In this document: one piece after another, positions 30,207-40,066 of the stretch | Position numbering within the stretch: the stretch's first letter is position 1 | Layout: each line of letters begins with the position of its first letter | From: a virus | Lineage: Duplodnaviria; Caudoviricetes | Reading direction: 5' to 3' (one strand) | IMG/VR virus record: IMGVR_UViG_3300024270_000002 | Length of the DNA stretch: 64,000 bases | The notes under the pieces: model-generated | Told to the model about the DNA's origin: nothing | What the model saw: the letters and a program-made list of their open reading frames with translations, nothing else | Databases searched by the model: none | Position numbers and translations under genes: made by a program

Positions 30207-30242
30207 AAAAGCTTGACTATTGCGCAGTCAAGCTTTTATTTT
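30207..30242 (+). terminator. Intrinsic terminator
   Basis: aaaagcttgact/agtcaagctttt stem. Confidence 0.75.
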
Positions 30243-30364
30243 ATGCTAAATTATATAGACTATTTTAGTATAAATTAAAGTAGCTATTGTATGTGAAAAC
30301 CTGAAATGATGGTTTTCTTATAACTCCAAATTTTGAAAATGATAAATTGAAAGGGGTACTCTTA

Positions 30365-33300
30365 ATGGCAGAAACAAAAGCCGTAAAAACAAGAATTCAA
30401 TCTAAACATGGTCTTGAAAAAGATTGGATTCAAGCAACAAACTTCAGACCACTACCTGGTGAAATTATTGTCTATGAGCCGCAGGTTACAGAAGCATCAA
30501 GAAAAATAACAGGTGATGTACGAAAAGACGAAGTCCTTCCTGTTATAAAAAGACCTAGATTTAAGGTTGGTAATGGAACTGACGTAGTTACTGATTTACC
30601 TTTCGCAGAACAAGAGCAAGTTGTGAAAAGAGGTGAGGGCGAATATTCTACAGTTAGTGGGCAAGACACCGAGGCAAAAGGTTTTGCAGCCCATGCTGAA
30701 GGATATAGCACCTCTTCAGAAGGTTTTGGATCTCACGCAGAAGGTGCGATGACACAAGCAATCGCAGAAGCTTCTCACACAGAAGGCAAGGGAACTGTCG
30801 CTGCAGGTATTCGTGGACACGCTGAAGGACTAGAAACTCGTGCTGTTGGTGAAGACTCTCACGCAGAAGGTATTGCTTCTTTTGCAATAGGTAAAGGAGC
30901 TCATGCAGAAGGCTATAAAACAAATGCAGGAGCGCCAGAATTTAAAATAACAACATTTGATGATGAAACTAAGACTTATACTAGTAACATAATTCCTGAT
31001 TTAACATATGTTGGAATTGACTTTACTAGTGAAAATCTTTGTGGATATATTAAAGTAAAGGATTATACGCAGACGCCACTACTTAGATATGCGTCATTGG
31101 GTCAAGTTGAATTAACAAGAGATTTAGATTCAAATACTTTCTCAATAAAAGTAATTGATGAAGATAAATATATATCTTATGAGAATATATTAAAATATGC
31201 TTCTGAAGTTTATTTTATTCTTGAAGATAGATATTTTGAAATAGAAGGCGGTGAAAGTGGAGATATCCCTGATATCCCAGAAGGTGAGCTTCCTATATTT
31301 GCTCTTAGTGAATTAGGAAGCTCTGCTCACACCGAAGGATTTAAAACTTATGCTTACGGCGGAAGTGCACACGCTGAAGGTAGATACACAGTAGCATTAG
31401 ACGATTTTTCACACGCAGAAGGCGTGCTGACTAAGGCTTTCGGATACGCTTCTCACGCAGAAGGTAGTGAGACCGAAGCTAGTGCAAATTATACTCACGC
31501 AGAGGGCGCTAATACAAAAGCTACAGAATATTTTGCTCATGCAGAAGGATACGGAACTAAGGCTACTCAAGCTGCAGCGCATGCAGAAGGTCGTGGTGCA
31601 ATAGCCTCAAATGCAGCTGCTCACGCAGAAGGAGAACACACTATTGCCTCAGGATTTTCAGCCCACTCCGAGGGCGATATGACTCGCGCGGCTGGTGGTA
31701 GTGCTCACTCTGAAGGCTACAATACAAAAGCCAGTGGTTATGCTGCTCACGCAGAAGGAAGTGGAACGCAAGCATCTGGAAACTATTCACATGCTGAAGG
31801 TGCAGATACTATAGCTCTTGCTGACTTCCAACATGTTCAAGGTAGATTTAATAAGCAAGATGATGCGCAAAAATATGCACATATTGTTGGTAATGGAACA
31901 AATGAAAATAATAGATCCAATGCGCACACAGTGGACTGGGAAGGTAACGGATGGTTTGCTGGTGATGTTATGTCAAGCGACAGCACGCTTGTCGGAATAA
32001 GTGACGCCGTATTAGCAAACATTCAGTTTGGATCTGATTTAAATAATGTTCGAAGCAAGTCCATCTATGTTTTTGGTGACTCTTTTATGTCTGAGCTGAG
32101 CTCTGATCGTAGTGTCGAACAAGAGCATCATATGTTTAAAACATTTAAGAGCGAATATGATTTAGATATTACTAACTATGCAGTAATTGGCGGTTGTGTA
32201 GCGAATCATAGTAACAGAAGCATTCTATATCAGCAAATTGATGAAGCTAGCGCGGGTTCTCCTGATTTTGTAATCTTTAATGGCTTGATAAATGAAGTAG
32301 TAAATAAAAATCAAGTTGTTGAACAAGGTAGCTCAATTTATTGTGGTCTTGGCTCTCTAACTGAAGGTTTTGAGACTCCTTTTGAAAGTTTTGATCGTAA
32401 CACTTTCTTTGGAGGACTAGAATATGCCGCAAAGAGATTGAAAGAAAAATATCCAAATGCTATCAAGATGTATGTTACTCCTCACAATGCGTCACAAAAA
32501 TCACCTGATGGCATGCTACAACTTATAGATGCTGCAAGAACAGTTTGTAAAAAGTGGGGCATTGTATTTATTGATATTTATAATTATAGTGAGCAGAATC
32601 TATCTGAAGTTGGTTTAACACTTAGCGAAAGTGATTTCCATCCAACACAAGAGGGATACGATAAATGTTATATCCCATTTGTTCACAAAACAATGTCTGA
32701 CATTATTGATAGATTCAATAAAGATGATGAGCTGTCTTCCCTAGACAAGAGAGTTGACACACTTGAAAGTGCTAAAGGTGAACGTGTAACAGCCGGTCAA
32801 AAAACAGGTACAAAGCTAGGCTATAGAGCTACCGCTGAAGGATCTGATACAACTGCATCTAATAACTATGCGCATGCAGAAGGCTCTGGCACCGAAGCAT
32901 CAGGAAACTCCTCTCACGCAGAGGGTAATAATACACACGCTACAGGAAAATGCTCGCACGCTGAGGGACAGAATTCTACGGCATCGAATGATTCTGCACA
33001 TGCAGAAGGTTTTAATACCACTGCTTCAGGATCTGTTGCTCACGCAGAAGGTAAAGATACAGTAGCATCTGGAAACAGATCTCATGCAGAAGGTGAAAGC
33101 ACTACTGCTAAAGGATTTACCTCTCACGCTGAAGGTCAAGGCACTGTAGCCGGTAGTGATCGTCAGCACGTTCAAGGAAGATATAATGTTGAAGATACTG
33201 CAGGTAAATATGCTCACATTGTTGGTGGAGGCTGGAGTGGATCTCCTAAAAATATTCATACTGTTGATTGGGATGGTAATGCTTGGTTTTCTGGAAACAT

Positions 33301-33565
33301 ATATGTTGGGAATAACTCAGACAGGCTTACAACTGAACAAGAATTACAGTTTATCAGGGACGGTATTTTTAACAAATTTGATGAGTTACTAAATAAAATT
33401 TCAGAGCTGGAACAGGAGCTTACTCAAATAAAGGCGCGTACATCTTGGAAGTCATTTTCTTCTACACCCGATATTCCTGAAGAACCTGATATTCCTGTAT
33501 CTAACTATGCTGTGTACAATAATGAAAATTTAATACATAATAACGAAAATGTTATTATTGAATAA
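30365..33565 (+). CDS. Tail fibre/adhesin with about 25 xHAEG (YadA-head-like) repeats and an internal SGNH/GDSL esterase domain
   Basis: ATG 30365 after gaaagggg; N-terminal RIQ.K...W....F.P..GE...RFKVGNG..LPF anchor; 14-aa HAEG repeats; FGDS...G..N...DFHP blocks. Confidence 0.8.
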   Translation: MAETKAVKTRIQSKHGLEKDWIQATNFRPLPGEIIVYEPQVTEASRKITGDVRKDEVLPVIKRPRFKVGNGTDVVTDLPFAEQEQVVKRGEGEYSTVSGQDTEAKGFAAHAEGYSTSSEGFGSHAEGAMTQAIAEASHTEGKGTVAAGIRGHAEGLETRAVGEDSHAEGIASFAIGKGAHAEGYKTNAGAPEFKITTFDDETKTYTSNIIPDLTYVGIDFTSENLCGYIKVKDYTQTPLLRYASLGQVELTRDLDSNTFSIKVIDEDKYISYENILKYASEVYFILEDRYFEIEGGESGDIPDIPEGELPIFALSELGSSAHTEGFKTYAYGGSAHAEGRYTVALDDFSHAEGVLTKAFGYASHAEGSETEASANYTHAEGANTKATEYFAHAEGYGTKATQAAAHAEGRGAIASNAAAHAEGEHTIASGFSAHSEGDMTRAAGGSAHSEGYNTKASGYAAHAEGSGTQASGNYSHAEGADTIALADFQHVQGRFNKQDDAQKYAHIVGNGTNENNRSNAHTVDWEGNGWFAGDVMSSDSTLVGISDAVLANIQFGSDLNNVRSKSIYVFGDSFMSELSSDRSVEQEHHMFKTFKSEYDLDITNYAVIGGCVANHSNRSILYQQIDEASAGSPDFVIFNGLINEVVNKNQVVEQGSSIYCGLGSLTEGFETPFESFDRNTFFGGLEYAAKRLKEKYPNAIKMYVTPHNASQKSPDGMLQLIDAARTVCKKWGIVFIDIYNYSEQNLSEVGLTLSESDFHPTQEGYDKCYIPFVHKTMSDIIDRFNKDDELSSLDKRVDTLESAKGERVTAGQKTGTKLGYRATAEGSDTTASNNYAHAEGSGTEASGNSSHAEGNNTHATGKCSHAEGQNSTASNDSAHAEGFNTTASGSVAHAEGKDTVASGNRSHAEGESTTAKGFTSHAEGQGTVAGSDRQHVQGRYNVEDTAGKYAHIVGGGWSGSPKNIHTVDWDGNAWFSGNIYVGNNSDRLTTEQELQFIRDGIFNKFDELLNKISELEQELTQIKARTSWKSFSSTPDIPEEPDIPVSNYAVYNNENLIHNNENVIIE

Positions 33566-33585
33566 TATACGGAGGATAAATATAA

Positions 33586-35475
33586 ATGGCAAATAACGTG
33601 ATTAATAAGTTAACTGGTGCTACTTCTGGCAAGGAGTATAAAATCAAAGGATACTCAAGTATGCCTTCGTTTGGGCCCATTGCAGGCTTTTCAAGAGGTT
33701 ATAGCAATCTATTTGAGGGATATGACGGTCAAGAATTTAAATATCAATACGATACGCATGGAAAGTATTTTCCTGAAGGACATTTTGCAGGAGTAGGTTT
33801 ATATATAGACTATTCTGAACAACAGTATTACTGGTATGTGGCGTCTCGTTATGTGATAGCATCCTACACTAACTACGAACATTTTTCTATCGATTTTTAT
33901 AGCTTTTCAGGAGAAAAGAAGCAGCCCACTTCAAAACCATATGTTTGTTATTTTGACGGAAGTCAGTATGACTGTTTTGAAGCGACTGGTGTTACAGAAG
34001 TTGGTAGGTGGGATTTCCCTTCTAGTGGGTTTTTTCTAACAGACGAATATGGTATGAAAGAGTTTATAAATGGTGTGCGTCCTGAAAGTGATGTATTGTT
34101 AGGATCTTCATTAGGTTTCTGGCTATTTGATAGTGGAACTGAATGGACATGCTTTATGGAAGGTACAAAGATTGCAATGGCAGATGGCACCACTAAGAAT
34201 ATTGAAGATGTTCAAGTTCATGATGAAGTTGCTTATTTAAATGATAACGGAGAGTTATTAAGTACTAAAGTTGTTCTTCCTGTTAATATTCACGAAGGAG
34301 AAACAGATAATTATGTAGAATACATCTTTAGTAATGGCACTTCTCTTAACATTTATGAGAAACAGCGTCTTTGGAATGAAGATGAAAAGAAGTATACTAT
34401 TGTTCAAAATTGGCCTATTGGAACAAGAACTAAAACAGTTCAAGGCGAAATTATTTCTTTGGTTAACAAGATTTCTCATAAGCTTGAAACACCTAAGAAG
34501 CACTATTTCTTACAAACATTCTCAGGTGTATATGCTGTAAACGATATTCTTACGTATACTTCTCAAGATACTATCTGGGATGAGTGGTCTAGGGAAGAGA
34601 ATAAACAGTATTGGCTTGATGAAAAGACAATGCAAAATCAGAAGAAGAAGGTTATTACAAGAAGATACGAAAATCATCCTAACTTATATAAATACTTTAG
34701 AGATGCTTTAAATAACTGGAATTCACTTCAGAGTGAACTGAGCGATCGTATCTTAGCCAACAAAAAGTATTTAAATGATACTGACTATCTTGTAATCAAG
34801 TATACAGAGGGCTTGATTGATGAAGCTTCTTACGAAACAGAAAGAGTTAAGCGTGCAGATGCAAGATCTCAGATCAATGAAGATCAAGAAACACTAACAA
34901 AGGAACAATCTTATATCGATGCTCTTAAAAATAAGTATGCACTTAAGAGTACTCATCCTCGTGCTTCCTCTCAGGGTGCTGAAAGCTTAGTTCTTATGGC
35001 TGATGGAACTACTAAGGCAATCAAAGATGTTGAGGCAGGAGATGTTATTTGTTATTTGAATGACAATCATGAGCTTGCTCAAACTCAAGTTATGTTACCT
35101 CCTGAGCCAGAGCTTATTTGGGATTATCATCTTGTATCTTTAGATAACGGAACTGAATTAAGAATGAGCGGTAAGAGAGAAATTTACAATGTTTCTCAAG
35201 ATAAATATTGCTATCAGCAAGATTGCTTAATTGGTGACGAAATTCTTCTAAGTGATGGAAGTAAAGCAAAAATTCTTAAAGTTACAAAAGTAAGACCTAA
35301 GAATGGAGAAGAGTTCTATAGATTGAATACTCGTTCTGGAAGATATATTCTAAACGGAATCTCTATCGGAGGTGACTCTAAGAGAAATTACAAGGATATG
35401 TTATGGGAAGAGCATGAATATTGGAGACCTTCTGACGAATTCATGTCAGAATGGAAGGCTGAATGCGGTCTATAA
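33586..35475 (+). CDS. Tail-region protein with two Hint (intein-like) domains flanking a tail-fibre chaperone-like helix
   Basis: CFMEGTKIAMADGTTKNIEDV (34150) and SQGAESLVLMADGTTKAIKDV (34969); YLNDTDYLVIK...R..AR..IN between them. Confidence 0.75.
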   Translation: MANNVINKLTGATSGKEYKIKGYSSMPSFGPIAGFSRGYSNLFEGYDGQEFKYQYDTHGKYFPEGHFAGVGLYIDYSEQQYYWYVASRYVIASYTNYEHFSIDFYSFSGEKKQPTSKPYVCYFDGSQYDCFEATGVTEVGRWDFPSSGFFLTDEYGMKEFINGVRPESDVLLGSSLGFWLFDSGTEWTCFMEGTKIAMADGTTKNIEDVQVHDEVAYLNDNGELLSTKVVLPVNIHEGETDNYVEYIFSNGTSLNIYEKQRLWNEDEKKYTIVQNWPIGTRTKTVQGEIISLVNKISHKLETPKKHYFLQTFSGVYAVNDILTYTSQDTIWDEWSREENKQYWLDEKTMQNQKKKVITRRYENHPNLYKYFRDALNNWNSLQSELSDRILANKKYLNDTDYLVIKYTEGLIDEASYETERVKRADARSQINEDQETLTKEQSYIDALKNKYALKSTHPRASSQGAESLVLMADGTTKAIKDVEAGDVICYLNDNHELAQTQVMLPPEPELIWDYHLVSLDNGTELRMSGKREIYNVSQDKYCYQQDCLIGDEILLSDGSKAKILKVTKVRPKNGEEFYRLNTRSGRYILNGISIGGDSKRNYKDMLWEEHEYWRPSDEFMSEWKAECGL

Positions 35476-35488
35476 TTATGTATAATAT

Positions 35489-35520
35489 ATTGACAGGTAG
35501 TTTATAAACTACCTGTCAAT
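35489..35520 (+). terminator. Near-perfect hairpin / terminator
   Basis: attgacaggtagttt/aaactacctgtcaat. Confidence 0.6.
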
Positions 35521-35579
35521 ACAACATAATGAATTGTATCACAAACATAAAAATAAACTCATATTGAGGTAAAATTATA

Positions 35580-35993
35580 ATGAGCAATGAAAATAAAAGA
35601 TCATTAGATCTATATTACGGCAATCAATCAGAGCTACCTGAGCCAGACAAATGGCCAGAAGGTTCACTGTTACTCACAGATAAAGGTAGACTTTATGATG
35701 GTTCTTACAAAAAGTTAATCGGTGAAGATCTTGATAACTTAAATGTAACAGTGGCTATAACAACTGCTACTTTGAGGGTTGAAAATGATGCTAACATAAA
35801 GAATGTTACTGTAAACGGAAATATCAAGCTTGGTGGAAAGATAACAGACCTTAATGGAAACGTTATAAACATGAGTGGTGGAACAGATATAGAGACTCCT
35901 TCTGGTATCCTTGAGGGAGCAATTCCAGTTTGGAATGGATCTAAATTTGTAGCACAAAATATTGATGTCAATCCTGCGTTTGCTACTACCTAA
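35580..35993 (+). CDS. Hypothetical tail-fibre-associated protein
   Basis: 137 aa, beta-rich; GAIPVWNGSKFV motif seen in fibre proteins. Confidence 0.6.
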   Translation: MSNENKRSLDLYYGNQSELPEPDKWPEGSLLLTDKGRLYDGSYKKLIGEDLDNLNVTVAITTATLRVENDANIKNVTVNGNIKLGGKITDLNGNVINMSGGTDIETPSGILEGAIPVWNGSKFVAQNIDVNPAFATT

Positions 35994-36019
35994 CAGTTGA
36001 GGAGGACATTTGAGATAAT

Positions 36020-37096
36020 ATGAGCATAAATCTTTCAGACTACTGTTTAGTTACTAAAGCGGATGCAAAGGCACTAGTAACTTCGGCGCTTAGTTTTTGT
36101 GACAAGTATACACGAGTGTATAGTTCTGATGAGTCGGACACATTTACTATGACAGACGTAACTGAGTGGTTACAGGAGATTGCAAGTAACCACTCAGAGT
36201 GTTTTAACAATGCGTGGACATCTGAAGAAATTCCTGAAAATTCAGGATCGGTTGATGCTGAATTTTGTTACGTTCTTAGAGAAGACATTCAATACATACG
36301 TAATTTCTTAGACAAATTTTCTGATAGTCCTGCAGAGAAGAAATTAACATGTTGGCAAATGTCTTACATTTTTGATCATCTTGTAGCTGAGGAGCCAGAA
36401 ATAACATACACGCTAACAATTGTTACTCCTACTCAAGACACAACTGTTGATGAAACAATAACAACCTTAACAGTTACAGAAGGACAGCCCTTGATTGTAT
36501 ATCAGAACCGGATCGACAATGCGTTTTCTAGATATGAAGAATTAACGCAATACAGCCGAGTATCTGCTACAGGGTATATATTCTATAATGGAAGCAGAAC
36601 AAGAATTGATGATGTTATTGTTTCTTCAGATGCCACGTTAACTTGGGATGTTGATTTCATGGGTACTACAACTGGAACGAAACTTACTGGTCCTACTTTG
36701 TTTGAGTGCTATTCAAGCGACTATGATCCCGTTACAAATCCTGTTAATCCCAGTATACAATTTGAATTGGATGACGGTGGCACAATACTTGGATATGTTT
36801 CTCTTGATAACAGTAGTAGTGCAACCATTTCAGGAACTCAGTACGAACAGACATTTAGTGTTGACTGCAATATATATGGATCTGATCACGGAGATACAGG
36901 CATAGAGTTGCACAATCCATACATTTATGATTATGGAACATCTCATAATAATCCCTGGACCAGTGTGAAAATAATAATAAGACCTTCAAATACTTCAGAC
37001 AGCTTTAGATATAGAGACACTTCGGGCCTTTGGGTAAGTGCCGATTATGCCGAAATATATATTGAAGGTGATGACTTTAGTCCAAGTATGAAATGA
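36020..37096 (+). CDS. Hypothetical acidic Thr/Ser-rich protein (possible fibre/receptor-binding accessory)
   Basis: 358 aa ORF, RBS gaggagg. Confidence 0.65.
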   Translation: MSINLSDYCLVTKADAKALVTSALSFCDKYTRVYSSDESDTFTMTDVTEWLQEIASNHSECFNNAWTSEEIPENSGSVDAEFCYVLREDIQYIRNFLDKFSDSPAEKKLTCWQMSYIFDHLVAEEPEITYTLTIVTPTQDTTVDETITTLTVTEGQPLIVYQNRIDNAFSRYEELTQYSRVSATGYIFYNGSRTRIDDVIVSSDATLTWDVDFMGTTTGTKLTGPTLFECYSSDYDPVTNPVNPSIQFELDDGGTILGYVSLDNSSSATISGTQYEQTFSVDCNIYGSDHGDTGIELHNPYIYDYGTSHNNPWTSVKIIIRPSNTSDSFRYRDTSGLWVSADYAEIYIEGDDFSPSMK

Positions 37097-37277
37097 TAAG
37101 TAGCATAAACTAAATGCATATGATAACTTCCAGCTAAAATCGTCTGGCATGTGTATAATGTCATATAACATGCTAGGATATATAAACATATTAAAAAATA
37201 ATAATTATAAGTTCCCTTATAATACTATAGTATTTAATGAGGCACTTTAAATATATAAATTAAGGAGACGGTCTATT

Positions 37278-38339
37278 ATGGCTCAAACTAGTAAAATAAA
37301 GTTTTTAAAAGATATTTTTGATAGTAGAGACTCTGCGTATGTTACAGCTAACGAGATCAACTCAATAATTGATGGACTGCGAGCTGTACACCCAGACTTG
37401 TTTATCAATAATATAAGAGAAGTAGACACTATTACGTCAAATTTGGTTACTAATAAATTGATCAAGACTGCTATAATTCCTTTTGGTGTTACTAGCATTG
37501 GAGAGTCTGCGTTCGCAAACTGTACAAACCTTACAGATGTTGTGATCCCAGCAAGTGTGACGAGCATTGGAGAGAAAGCGTTCTACGGTTGCAACTCCTT
37601 GGCGAGCATCGAGATCCCCGACGGTGTGACGAGCATTGGAATCGGTGCGTTCTACGGTTGTAAAAAGTTAGAGAATATTTTATATAGCGGCACTACTAGC
37701 AGTTGGTATACTGGTATTGGAAAACATAGTAACGACCTCTGTGATATCACTGACGATATCTCCCGGAGCTGGTTGGTTGATTTAGTTGGCAAATCGGTAA
37801 TATGCACTGATGGCACTATACAGATTACTTGCTCACACAGCAAAATTACTGTGGATTATGACAATCCGACAGTACACGGCAGGTACTGTGACGGTTGCAA
37901 AACTTGGATAATACCAGAGGGTGACCATGAATTCGGTGGCGGTGAGCATTATGGCATTTATTGCACTAGAACGTGTGTAGTCTGCGGATATCACGTATCA
38001 GAACCTTATGACTGGGACTTCCAATCCAGCGATAGTGGATGCGGTAACTATTGCACTGTGTGTGGCGCGGAGTCATCTTGGCAATTTCATGACCCTGCGA
38101 GTGCGAGCGCTACTAGCTGCAAAGACGTTAATTATGGCACATATGAACACGTAGCATGCTGCGACATTTGCGGATATGAATATGGTGAACCACAGGTTTA
38201 TTATAGTTACGATGGTCCTGCATGGCATTATGTAAACTGCTGTATATGTGACAAGGAGCTAAAGCAGGACGGACATGGTAACATTTATACCGATGGCGGC
38301 ATTAAGTACTGTGGCTACTGCGGTGGAGAGGTTTATTAA
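37278..38339 (+). CDS. BspA-type leucine-rich repeat protein with C-terminal Cys/His-rich repeats
   Basis: Three IP..VTSIG..AF..C..L repeats; many CxxCG/H units. Confidence 0.8.
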   Translation: MAQTSKIKFLKDIFDSRDSAYVTANEINSIIDGLRAVHPDLFINNIREVDTITSNLVTNKLIKTAIIPFGVTSIGESAFANCTNLTDVVIPASVTSIGEKAFYGCNSLASIEIPDGVTSIGIGAFYGCKKLENILYSGTTSSWYTGIGKHSNDLCDITDDISRSWLVDLVGKSVICTDGTIQITCSHSKITVDYDNPTVHGRYCDGCKTWIIPEGDHEFGGGEHYGIYCTRTCVVCGYHVSEPYDWDFQSSDSGCGNYCTVCGAESSWQFHDPASASATSCKDVNYGTYEHVACCDICGYEYGEPQVYYSYDGPAWHYVNCCICDKELKQDGHGNIYTDGGIKYCGYCGGEVY

Positions 38340-38376
38340 AATAAGTCTGGCCAAATTGGCCAGACTTATTTTATTT
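38339..38376 (+). terminator. Intrinsic terminator
   Basis: aaataagtctggcca/tggccagacttattt. Confidence 0.75.
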
Positions 38377-38465
38377 GTTAATTATGTATATTTAGACTAT
38401 TTTTATTGTATATTAAAAATAAGGTTAATAATTTTTAGTCTAAATTTATAAGGAGTATTTTGGTT

Positions 38466-38888
38466 ATGTCATTAAAAGAAACAATTAATCAAAAATTTGT
38501 TGAAGAATTCAAAACAAGAATTGCATTAAGACGCTATCCTTACGAAGTAATGAAACAAAGAATTTTGATAGCAGAAAAGTCTGGTCAGTTTGAACTTCCT
38601 CTTACAGACGAACAGGTCACCAATCTTATTGCGAAAGAATGTAAAGAAAGAGAAGAACTTCTTACTATCTATAAACCTGAGGACGAACAGTATATTACTG
38701 CTAAATATACTATCGAAGAGCTGTCTCAGTATCTTCCAAAGCAGATGAGTGAAGAGGAAGTTATTGAGATCATCAAAAGACATAAAGAATTTGAATCTAA
38801 TTCTGGTAAGCTTATCGGATTAGTAGTAAAAGAAGTTGGTAATAGGTTTGATAAATCTAAGATTGCGGCTCTCGTACGGCAGGTTTAA
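38466..38888 (+). CDS. GatB/YqeY domain protein
   Basis: KECKEREE...YLPKQMSEEEV...GKLIG.V.KE pattern. Confidence 0.75.
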   Translation: MSLKETINQKFVEEFKTRIALRRYPYEVMKQRILIAEKSGQFELPLTDEQVTNLIAKECKEREELLTIYKPEDEQYITAKYTIEELSQYLPKQMSEEEVIEIIKRHKEFESNSGKLIGLVVKEVGNRFDKSKIAALVRQV

Positions 38889-38891
38889 TAA

Positions 38892-39167
38892 ATGGATAAT
38901 CGTCTTTTAGCAGAAGGCATGCTTCTAGGAATCAGCTCCCTCGGAGTTGTTATTGACAAGTGGGAAGAAAATATAATTTACATATCAGTACCCAAAGATA
39001 CTACTGATTACAATGCTGAATCAGAGAAACTTGCTGGCAAGAAATTAGCAGACAGACTGCAAACCAAGTTTAGAGATCTTGGCTGCTGCGGCTTGCAAGT
39101 AAAATATAGGATTAGAGATGAAATTTGGACAAAAGAAAAACGAGATAGAATAATCTCTCATAAATAA
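38892..39167 (+). CDS. Hypothetical protein
   Basis: 91 aa ORF in operon. Confidence 0.6.
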   Translation: MDNRLLAEGMLLGISSLGVVIDKWEENIIYISVPKDTTDYNAESEKLAGKKLADRLQTKFRDLGCCGLQVKYRIRDEIWTKEKRDRIISHK

Positions 39168-39198
39168 ATATTTATACAAAAGAAAGGTAAAAAGAATT

Positions 39199-39579
39199 AT
39201 GAAGAAGATTTTTGCATTGTTGTTCGTTTTGGTAATTATTTGTACTTGCTTTGCATCATGCACTGCTGCTGATAATGTTAACCACAACTTGTCACAGGCC
39301 GCAGATAACTTCCAAGTACTCAGGAAAATTACAGTCTATAACGCAAGAACAGACCTTATTGTTATGGAAATGGAAGGTTATATGAGCCTTTCTAATTCTA
39401 GTACTAATGAACTTGTCGTTACTTGTATGACTGGAATTAACCAATATAAGAAAAATTATATCTATCTTAATGAATATGTTATTTATGTTGTAGAAGATAT
39501 TACAGGCGTTGCTACTGACCCTTATCACTATAAGGTACATTTTTACACGGCGCTGCCTGATATTGATGTAAATAACTAA
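39199..39579 (+). CDS. Putative lipoprotein
   Basis: Signal peptide MKKIFALLFVLVIICTCFASC with lipobox-like FASC; NLS..ADNF.V.RKITV.N.RTD phage lipoprotein pattern. Confidence 0.7.
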   Translation: MKKIFALLFVLVIICTCFASCTAADNVNHNLSQAADNFQVLRKITVYNARTDLIVMEMEGYMSLSNSSTNELVVTCMTGINQYKKNYIYLNEYVIYVVEDITGVATDPYHYKVHFYTALPDIDVNN

Positions 39580-39754
39580 TAAATATAAAAAGAAGCTTGA
39601 TAATAGTATCGAGCTTCTTTTCTTTATGCTATTTATTGCTAAATTAGGTAAGAGTATGAATATAAAATTATGCCAATGTTAAACCACTGTCAATGGCCAG
39701 CAGTGCGAGACTAGGCATATTTAAAATAATAAAATTTTAAAGGAGGCATATCAA

Positions 39755-40066
39755 ATGCAAAGAGTATACGGTGAGTTTGATATTAATGGAACTACAACTG
39801 AAAATGTAGTTTCTGCAATAAAAGAATATGAAATAAATCTCGGACTTAATGAAGTTCCTGATAATTTTGTATTAAGAAAATTAGGTATTAAAGTTAGTGC
39901 TGCCTGTGATGTAGCAATTAACGGAAGAGACTTTTCTATCAATGAAAAAGAACCCCTTGAATTTGGATACGATAGTATCAAAGTGGATAGTATTGTATTT
40001 AAAACAGCGGGACTAAACGCAATAGTAAGATACATGTATTTTAGAGAGGATAAGGTATATCAATAA
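39755..40066 (+). CDS. Hypothetical (likely virion) protein
   Basis: RBS aaggagg; late motif at 39638. Confidence 0.65.
   Translation: MQRVYGEFDINGTTTENVVSAIKEYEINLGLNEVPDNFVLRKLGIKVSAACDVAINGRDFSINEKEPLEFGYDSIKVDSIVFKTAGLNAIVRYMYFREDKVYQ

Noticed and set aside
34150-35373. Canonical splicing inteins
   Set aside because: No block-B His, no terminal His-Asn, no homing endonuclease domain.
30365-38339. Diversity-generating retroelement target or template
   Set aside because: No reverse transcriptase in the window and no repeat pair differing only at adenines was seen.
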